The notes under the pieces: generated by a model | Database searches by the model: none | What the model was told of the DNA's origin: nothing | What the model saw: only the letters and a program-made list of their open reading frames with translations | Program-made: the position numbers and the translations under genes | Shown: piece after piece, positions 56,433 through 64,000 of the stretch | How the letters are laid out: each line of letters opens with the position of its first letter | How positions within the stretch are numbered: the stretch's first letter is position 1 | Assembly (NCBI GenBank): GCA_951406725.2 | Contig: OX597837.1 | Location: forward strand, 28,272,001 to 28,336,000 | Reading direction: 5' to 3' | DNA from: Octopus vulgaris | Lineage: Eukaryota | DNA length: 64,000 bases

Positions 56433-56904
56433 GCAGTGTTTCCTCCCCCAAGGGCTGCTTGAGTCTGGCCCTGTAGGGTTTCTTGAACATTCTCACGTGA
56501 GTACATATCTAACGGTGAGTTGTACTGTAGATGCATGATGCGTGGACCGTCTTCAGGGTCATTCGAGAAATCTAGTGCCTGCGTTTTCGTCGGTGCAAAT
56601 TCTTGTGTGGGTCTAGGGGCGGGCGGTTTCTTGCCTGATTTTTTCGATGGAGACACTGACCTGGGAGGTGAGACATGATGACTGGGCTGGAAACCGACGT
56701 CCCACATTTTGGCGCCGCTTGCACTCGACAGTGTACCGGCCCATGCTGGAGTTTCGTCCTGGACGACTTGGCCTTCGGCAGGTCTGGACATTGGGGCGTA
56801 TACTGGTTGAACCACGGGTCTAGGGGCGGGGCGTGGAGCTGGAGGTGGAGGTGGAGCGTGGTAAGTCTGTGGTCTGCCTCTGGTTCTACTCGGCTTTCTG
56901 ACAT
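56433..56904 (-). CDS. Zasp-like gene, exon B carrying the ZM (Zasp-like) motif
   Basis: Acceptor TTTTCTCTTTTACAG|AT (phase 1, matches exon A) and donor GC|GTAAG (phase 2). Encodes [27 protein letters not shown], matching the ZM motif (VH.QYN.P..LYS..N) of ALP/Enigma/Zasp proteins. Confidence 0.9.
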
Positions 56905-57123
56905 CTGTAAAAGAGAAAAACAGACATATAATACGAAAAACAGAAAACAGGAATTCTGTAATAATGATCGCCTTTCAAGATTTTCATTCTGCACGCATGT
57001 CGTAACAAGAAACATAATATACACACGAACAAGCACGCCTACACACACATACACACACACACACGATCCGCATGCTCAGTCAGACACACGGATAACCACA
57101 CATATACATACATACATAGATAC

Positions 57124-57279
<156 letters not shown>

Positions 57280-57412
57280 CGGAGATGTACTTGCATAGCA
57301 AGTGATTTGATCTGAGATCGTGTGCTGAAACGAAAACAATTGCAGCGTGGAAGGTGTTTGTATGCCATTTAAGAAACACACAAAAGTCGTTCGATTCACT
57401 TCAACATTTAAA

Positions 57413-57461
<49 letters not shown>

Positions 57462-58062
57462 ACATATACACATGCATGTTCACAGTCATACATACATACA
57501 TACATACATACATACATACATACAATAAGAGGTAGTCCTAGGTTATAGAAATCAACATACAACGTGTGAATTTATGAGGTGGTAATAATACATATACATA
57601 GTAGTCTTATAGTCTTACTGAAAAGAGCCTTTAAAAGTCAAAAGCTTTTGTTAAAGATAAAAGAAGAAAGATTCTCTTCAAAATGTTCCTTCGCCACGAT
57701 ATTGGGTGTACTTTGGGAAAATTATTTCCTTATGGAACTCCGTGAATTTTCCTGTTCTGTATGGCATTTAGTATAGTTTTATTTACATACTTACTGTTCA
57801 TTCGACTCCGCGGTCAGCAACTGCTAAACAGAATGCAACAAACCAATTAAAATTTTTCCGTGATAATTAAAATCTGATTGTTGATTGCCTTTAATCCAGA
57901 AACAAATAAATATATTTTCATATACTTGAATATATAAAAATAATGAAATAGCAGTTTCTTTTTTCGTTTTTAAGTTTTAAGATTTTAGGTTTTGCATTCT
58001 TACATAATTCCATACAAATTAGTATAATTGACCAACTGTAGGTTCGTAAGTAAAACTGTACT

Positions 58063-58102
<40 letters not shown>

Positions 58103-58137
58103 GCTACTACTTCTACTACTACTATTACTACAACTAT

Positions 58138-58540
58138 TCTTTTACTCTTTTACTTGTTTCAGTCATTTGACTGCGGCCATGCTGGTGCACCGCCTTTAGT
58201 CGAGCAAACCGACCCCAGGACTTATTCTTTGTAAGCCTGGTACTTATTCTATCGGTCTCTTTTACCGAACCGCTAAGTTACGGGGACGTAAACACACCAG
58301 CATCGGTTGTCAAGCAATATTGGGTGGTGGGGACAAACACACAAACACACACGCATATATATATATATATATATATACGACGGGCTTCTTTCAGTTTCCG
58401 TCTACCAAATCCACTCACAAGGCTTTGGTCGGCCCGCGGCTACAGTAGAAGACACTTGCCCAAGATGCCACACAGTGGGACTGAACCCGGAACCATGTGG
58501 TTGGTAAGCAAGCTACTTGCCACACAGTCACTCCTGCACC
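58138..58540 (-). mobile_element. SINE family A, full length, inserted in (CTA)n
   Basis: Reverse complement of family A, with (CTA)n on both sides. Confidence 0.9.
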
Positions 58541-58751
58541 TACTACTATTACTACTACTACTAGTACGTCGACGACAGATGTTCCTTTCATCATATTGCT
58601 TCTGTACAAAACAATTTTTAGGTTGCGCCTACTTAGACATTAGTACACTCAAAAAATGCAATAAATTATCAGGCCGACCGTGGCAGGATTTGAACCCTGT
58701 ATATTCTCCAGTAATCTACAAGATAACGATTCCTTTGTGTTAACTACTGTA

Positions 58752-58804
<53 letters not shown>

Positions 58805-59155
58805 AACTCAAGAGTACGTCCCAATCAGAGTACCAGCACTCGTTTACATTTCTGTGGTATATGTAGCCTCGTCTTTCGTTGATTCGTTCATCACTGATCG
58901 ATATAACACGGTAAGCTCAGTTGTGAACTACGTCACACTTATCACGGATTTATCTGTGATAATACAAGTCAGCGATCACATTCAGATTCCACTAGTATCA
59001 GAAAAAACGCATGCTACACACTCAAATATAAGACCTAATGGCTATAGTTAGAACAGCTCTAATTGATAGGCCACTATATTAGCAGAACCGAAGCAACACT
59101 AAGAAATGTTCATTTCCTTATTAATGAATTCTTTGAATACATATTTAGCCTTAAA

Positions 59156-59385
59156 GGCGAGCTGGTAGAAACGTTAGCACGCCGGGCGAAATGCGTAACC
59201 GTATTTCGTCTGCCGTTACGTTCTGAGTTCAAATTCCGCCGAGGTCGACTTTGTCTTTCATCCTTTCGGGGTCGATAAATTAAGTACCAGTTACGCACTG
59301 GGGTCGATGTAATCGACTTAATCCGTTTGTCTGTCCTTGTTTGTCCCCTCTGTGTGTAGCCCCTTGTGGGTTGTAAAGAAACACT
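59156..59385 (+). mobile_element. SINE family C, full length
   Basis: Near-identical to 46401-46630, with flanking duplication TATTTAGCCTTAAAGG at 59142 and 59386. Confidence 0.9.
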
Positions 59386-59551
59386 TATTTAGCCTTAAAG
59401 GGTTACAGTAGCCCGAACACTGGATTTGTGTGTGTTCCTGTCAATTGTGTTCCCTTGCAACAGCATTTTCATTTCCTTTGGGGATTTCTTCCAATATAAT
59501 TTATTTATGGAGGCAGCTAATCAATGTAAAGCAATTATCAACTGGATTGTA

Positions 59552-60117
59552 TTGGATTGTCCGGAAAGTTCGTGCCGATTTATAGTAGCTTACCTTTCGA
59601 CTTATTTTAGAACATGGTTGAATTCATAAAACAGGATTTGACTACATCTCCATTTAGAGCACAGTTTAAGCTATCTTTTCGTGGAAGAAGGTTTATATTC
59701 CTATAACCTGTGTTAATTCTGTAACCCTTTAAAATGGAAGATAAGAAAGTTCATTTTCGGTACTTGATGCTTTGGGAACCAGACAAAATTTCCTGCAACT
59801 CGGCTGGGATGTGTTACCCCACCATCTATATTCACCAGATATTGCTCCTTCGGATTCCCACTTATTCAGGTCTCTGCAGAATAGTCTTAATGGTAAAAAT
59901 TTCAATTTCTTGGATGACGTAAAAAGATACCTTGATGAATTCTTTGCCATGAAACCACCTCAATTCTGGGAAGAGGGTATTTTCAAGTTAAAGGAAAGAT
60001 GTAGACACATTGTGCAACAAAATGGTTCATATTTGGTTGATTAAAAATGTAATGGCAAGTATTTATTGACCTTTTTCTTTCCTTTAAAAATCGGCACGAA
60101 CTTTCCGGACAACCCAA
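59552..60117 (+). mobile_element. Internally deleted mariner (mellifera-like), 566 bp
   Basis: About 30-bp terminal inverted repeats (TIRs) TTGG(A/G)TTGTCCGGAAAGTTCGTGCCGATTT with TA TSDs. The N-terminus MEDKKVHFRYLML is joined to the C-terminal catalytic part with the YSPDIAPSD motif. Confidence 0.92.
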
Positions 60118-60137
60118 TAATATATTACAAGTAACAA

Positions 60138-60360
60138 GGCTGCGAACTGGCAGAAACGTTAGAGCGTCGGGCAAAATGCTCAGTGGCTTTTCGTCCGTCT
60201 TCCCGTTTTGAGTTCAAATTCCGTTGAGGTTGACTTTGCCTTTCATCTTTTCTGGGGTCGATAAAATAAGAACTAGTCGAGTACTGGGGGGGGGGTCGAT
60301 GTAATCGACTTACCTCAACCCCCCGAAATTTCAGGCTTTGTGCCTACAGTTGAAAAGAAT
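60138..60360 (+). mobile_element. Older family C-related SINE
   Basis: Head CTGGCAGAAACGTTAG, core CCTTTCATC..GGGGTCGATAAAATAAG, tail GTGCCTACAGTTGAAAAG. Confidence 0.75.
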
Positions 60361-60421
60361 ATATTTCAAGTAACACAAGTCTACCTGTGTCAATCAGCCA
60401 TATTAGATTTAACTGCAGCAT

Positions 60422-60584
60422 GGCACAGGAGTGGCTGTGTGGTAAGTAGCTTGCTAACCAACCACATGGTTCCGGGTTCAGTCCAACTGCGTGGCATCTT
60501 GGGCAAGTGTCTTCTGCTATAGCCCTGGGCCGACCAATGCCTTGTGAATGGATTTGGTAGACGGAAACTGAAAGAAGCCTGTCG

Positions 60585-60625
<41 letters not shown>

Positions 60626-60843
60626 CTGTGTGTCTGTGTTTCTCTCCCTAGCATTGCTTGACAACCGATGCTGGTGTATTTACGTCCCCGTCACTTAGCG
60701 GTTCGGCAAAAGAGACCGATAGAATAAGTACTGGGCTTACAAAGAATAAGTCCCGGGGTCGATTTGCTCGACTAAAGGCGGTGCTCCAGCATGGCTGCAG
60801 TCAAATGACTGAAACAAGTAAAAGAGTAAAGAGTAAAAGAGTA
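60422..60843 (+). mobile_element. SINE family A, full length
   Basis: Same head, body and tail as 7107-7509. Confidence 0.9.
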
Positions 60844-61173
60844 TGGCTGCTCGACCTGTTAGAAAAGACAGCTAAACTTCTTTCAAATCACACGCTGGAC
60901 GTGACAGTTATAATTACAAATTTGATCATGCCTAGGATTAAACACCAACGATTTTTTTTCTTGTTTTGGAACACGGTCTATAAATTTGAGAGGATAGGAC
61001 AAATTGATTACATCGTCCCCAGTGCATAACTGGTACTTACTTTATCGACCCTGAAAATATGAAACGCAAAGTAGACCTCAGCGGGATTTAAACTAAGTGG
61101 GTAAATATGGACGAAACGCTGCATAGCATTTTAGACGGCATGCTGACAACAACAACAGCAACAACAACAACAC

Positions 61174-61697
61174 AGTGGAGGCGCAATGTCCCAGTGGTTA
61201 GGGCAGCGGACTCGCGGTCATAAGTACGCGGTTTCGATTCCCAGGCATTGTGAGTGTTTATTGAGCAAAAACACCTAAGCTCCACAAGGCACCGGCGGGG
61301 GGGGGGGGCGTGAACCCCACTGTACTCTTTCATCGTAACCTTCTCTCATTGTTTCCTCATACTTCTGCCACAAAGCAGAGGAACCATGGTGTGGTAAAAC
61401 TTTCAGACACTAGTCTAGATTGCGAATCATCTGTACCCCAGGATGGTTCAGCTCTCCACCCGTTGAAAGCCACCGTTTACGGAATGAGGATAACAACGTA
61501 GCTTTCGCGCCCGTGCAACCGCCAGTCTATCACGCATTCTTAGTAGCTTAGAGTAGGCTCGAATTAGAGATTATTCTTTGTGGCTAATGGCGTGAGTCCT
61601 GATTGGAAGAAGAAGCAGAAGAAGAAGAAGAAGCAGAAGAAGGAGAAGAAGAAGAAGAAGAAGAAGAAGAAGAAGAAGAAGAAGAAGAAGAAGAAGA
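61174..61697 (+). mobile_element. SINE family B head with alternative 3' tail 3 and (GAA)n tail
   Basis: Family B head, then a distinct tail and a (GAA)n run that ends about 40 nt from the exon A donor. Confidence 0.75.
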
Positions 61698-61735
61698 GCA
61701 ACAACAACGACGATAAAGTAGCATTCACAACTTAC

Positions 61736-62162
61736 CAGGGACAAAGTCCTGTTTGCTAAACTGGTTCCTCCTCTGACTGACGGGCAAAAACTCGTAATCA
61801 TCATCTTCCTCTTCAGGTTTCGGTGGAACGAAGGAAGGGAAAGGATCGATGTAGGACGAATCACTGGGTGGAGGAGGGCCTGGTACGTAAGCCGGTGGAG
61901 CCACATGTTGATAGTGGACGGGGGGTCCACCATTGTAGCTGCTCACTTGGTATTGCGATCTGTGCGCCAGAGTGTCCTGGACTTTATGAAGCATCTCGTT
62001 ATCTTCCCATGGTTTGCTGCTCTGTCTTTGCACGCCAGCTGGTGGTGTATAACTGACACCATAGCTAGGTCCACCACCGCCATATTTCATCCCACCCTTT
62101 GGTACGTGTGGATGTGCCATTTTAGTCGGTCCTTCAAGATCTAATGGAACTGTGCGATATGT
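61736..62162 (-). CDS. Zasp-like gene, exon A (TYRTVPLDLEGPTKMAHPHVPKGG...DFVP)
   Basis: Acceptor TTAAAATTCCAG|ACA at 62163, with an in-frame TGA just upstream. Donor CCTG|GTAAG at 61735 (phase 1). Pro/Tyr/Gly-rich and GC-richer than its flanks. The start YRTVPL resembles, from memory, the YRTTPLVLPG motif of insect Zasp66-type proteins. Confidence 0.8.
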
Positions 62163-62464
62163 CTGGAATTTTAATCAGGTGTTTTGGATTTTCGGTCAGG
62201 ATTTCATTGTCAGGTTTTATTAGTTCCATTAATATTTCAGTGAGGTTGTTTTGGTGTAGATTTAGTGACATTTTCGTGAGGTTTCAGGTGACAGCATCAA
62301 TGAGAATTGTTTAAAAAAGATGAAAAGAGAAAAGAAATTAAAAATTAATTGAATTTGGAGTAAAATATATCGGAGAATTATTTAATTCCTGGAAAACAAT
62401 CAGTGGATATACAGGTGTGTTTGTGACTTCTTGAATATGGCTTCATTTTAAGTGTATGTGAGTG

Positions 62465-62495
<31 letters not shown>

Positions 62496-62496
62496 A

Positions 62497-62627
62497 CAGG
62501 GTGTCCCCAAAAAATGTATACACATAGTGGTTCGGCAAAAGAGAACGATAGAATAAGTACTAGGCTTACAAAGAATAACAAATTTACAATTATTTAAGGT
62601 GTGTATACATTTTTGGGGAACACCCTG
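62497..62627. mobile_element. Tc1/mariner-type MITE (131 bp) containing a SINE A fragment
   Basis: TIRs CAGGGTGTCCCCAAAAAATGTATACACA and TGTGTATACATTTTTGGGGAACACCCTG, flanked by TA. Confidence 0.8.
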
Positions 62628-62699
62628 TATATATATATATGCGTTTGTGTATATATGTGTGTGTGCGTGTACGTGCACATATGTGTGTGTCTGTACATA

Positions 62700-63040
62700 T
62701 ATGTGTGTGTACATATGTGTATTTGTGTATATATGTGTGTGTGTGTACATATGTGTATTTGTGTATATATATATATGTGTGTGTACATATGTGTATTTGT
62801 GTATATATATATGTGTGTGTACATATGTGTATTTGTGTATATATATGTGTGTGTGTACATATGTGTATTTGTGTATATATATGTGTGTGTGTACATATGT
62901 GTATTTGTGTATATATATGTGTGTGTGTACATATGTGTATTTGTGTATATATATGTGTGTGTGTACATATGTGTATTTGTGTATATATATGTGTGTGTGT
63001 ACATATATTTGTATATATATATATGTGTGTGTGTACATAT
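62700..63040. repeat. 36-bp minisatellite built from TA/TG microsatellite (GTACATATGTGTATTTGTGTATATATATGTGTGTGT)
   Basis: About nine units, translating as the repeated HKYTYVHTHIYI artefact ORF. Confidence 0.9.
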
Positions 63041-63043
63041 GTT

Positions 63044-63085
<42 letters not shown>

Positions 63086-63469
63086 CGTGTGTGTGTGTGT
63101 GTGTGTGTGTACTTATTGAATATTGTATTCTTTCTTCAATATTACTTTAAATATCATTATTATTATCATTATCATTATTATAATTATTGTTGTTACTACT
63201 ACTATTACTATTACTATCAATAATAAGAATGATACAAGATTAAAATTACTTGGATAGAAAATACACATGGTTTTTTTCCTACATCTACATGTGTGCGTTT
63301 CTGTGTAATTACTTACATTTCTCTATGACTGTATATGCGGATACACATGTACATTGATGCATGTGGGACTACATGTACGTGTGCATGTTCGCAGAGGGGT
63401 GCATGCTCGTGGTCTATACATGATGCAATTGTTAGCTGAGGACAACTGCTACGCATTATGAAAATACAA

Positions 63470-63528
<59 letters not shown>

Positions 63529-63710
63529 GTGTGTGTGTGTGTGTGCTGCCCCTCCCCCCATACTATTGCTGAGGGAGGCTGAGGAGTATAGATCTTGTTT
63601 ATGGGCCCTCAACTCGCGGCTGCAGGAATGCCTGCAAGGGGCAAGAAAGTCGATTGGGGATGAGGACTCATTTGTGTAACAGGTTTATCGCCTCATTATA
63701 CGTATTAAGT

Positions 63711-64000
63711 GTGGAGGCGCAATGGCCCAGTGGTTAGGGCAGCGGACTTGCGGTCATAGGATCGCGGTTTCGATTCCCAGACCGGGCGTTGTGAGTGCTT
63801 ATTGAGCGAAAACACCTAAAGCTCCACGAGGCTCCGGCAGGGGATGGTGGTGATCCCTGCTGTACTCTTTCACCACAACTTTCTCTCACTCTTACTTCCT
63901 GTTTCTGTTGTACCTGTATTTCAAAGGACCGGCCTTGTCACTCTCTGTGTCACGCTGAATATCCCCGAGAACTATGTTAAGGGTACACGTGTCTGTGGAG
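63711..64000 (+). mobile_element. SINE family B, main subtype (cut by window edge)
   Basis: Same head and body on the + strand. Confidence 0.9.

Noticed and set aside
59772-60044. Mariner transposase ORF as a functional gene
   Set aside because: Most of the transposase is deleted and the remaining pieces are out of frame, so it is a non-autonomous relic.
62700-63040. Regular 36-bp repeats resembling a CRISPR array
   Set aside because: The units are contiguous with no unique spacers, the context is eukaryotic and there are no cas genes. It is a minisatellite.
63317-63445. Possible upstream exon ending at a GTAAGT donor (63316)
   Set aside because: The frame needed to join exon A (phase 0) has a TAG just before the donor, the composition is not coding-like and no PDZ signature is present.
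63711-63785. tRNA-Arg-like sequence (also at other family B heads)
   Set aside because: It is a SINE head that continues into the SINE body, and sister copies have TSDs. It is not a standalone tRNA gene.

Overview
Eukaryotic, AT-rich genomic DNA dense in microsatellites and SINEs. The repeat families look like those of Octopus (cephalopod), which is inferred from recognition and not from a database search. The window holds the 3' part of one large minus-strand multi-exon gene that I read as a Zasp/ALP-Enigma (PDLIM)-family Z-disc protein. Five exons have canonical GT-AG sites and mutually consistent phases: 62162-61736, 56904-56433 (Zasp-like ZM motif), 20105-17577 (giant 843-codon disordered exon), 9910-9839 and 6401-5591 (terminal). 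They splice into one open frame of 4311 nt. The expected PDZ exons would lie beyond the right edge, and no LIM exons are visible. Unusually, the terminal exon encodes a hydrophobic, transmembrane-like helix near the C-terminus, suggesting a membrane-anchored Zasp-like isoform. The ZM exon is tightly bracketed by an intronic inverted repeat. Introns contain three tRNA-derived SINE families, mariner/Tc1 derivatives, CR1, RTE and R4-like LINE ends, Penelope-like remnants with minimal hammerhead motifs, several long hairpins, tandem duplications and simple repeats. Almost all short ORFs in the track are repeat artefacts.
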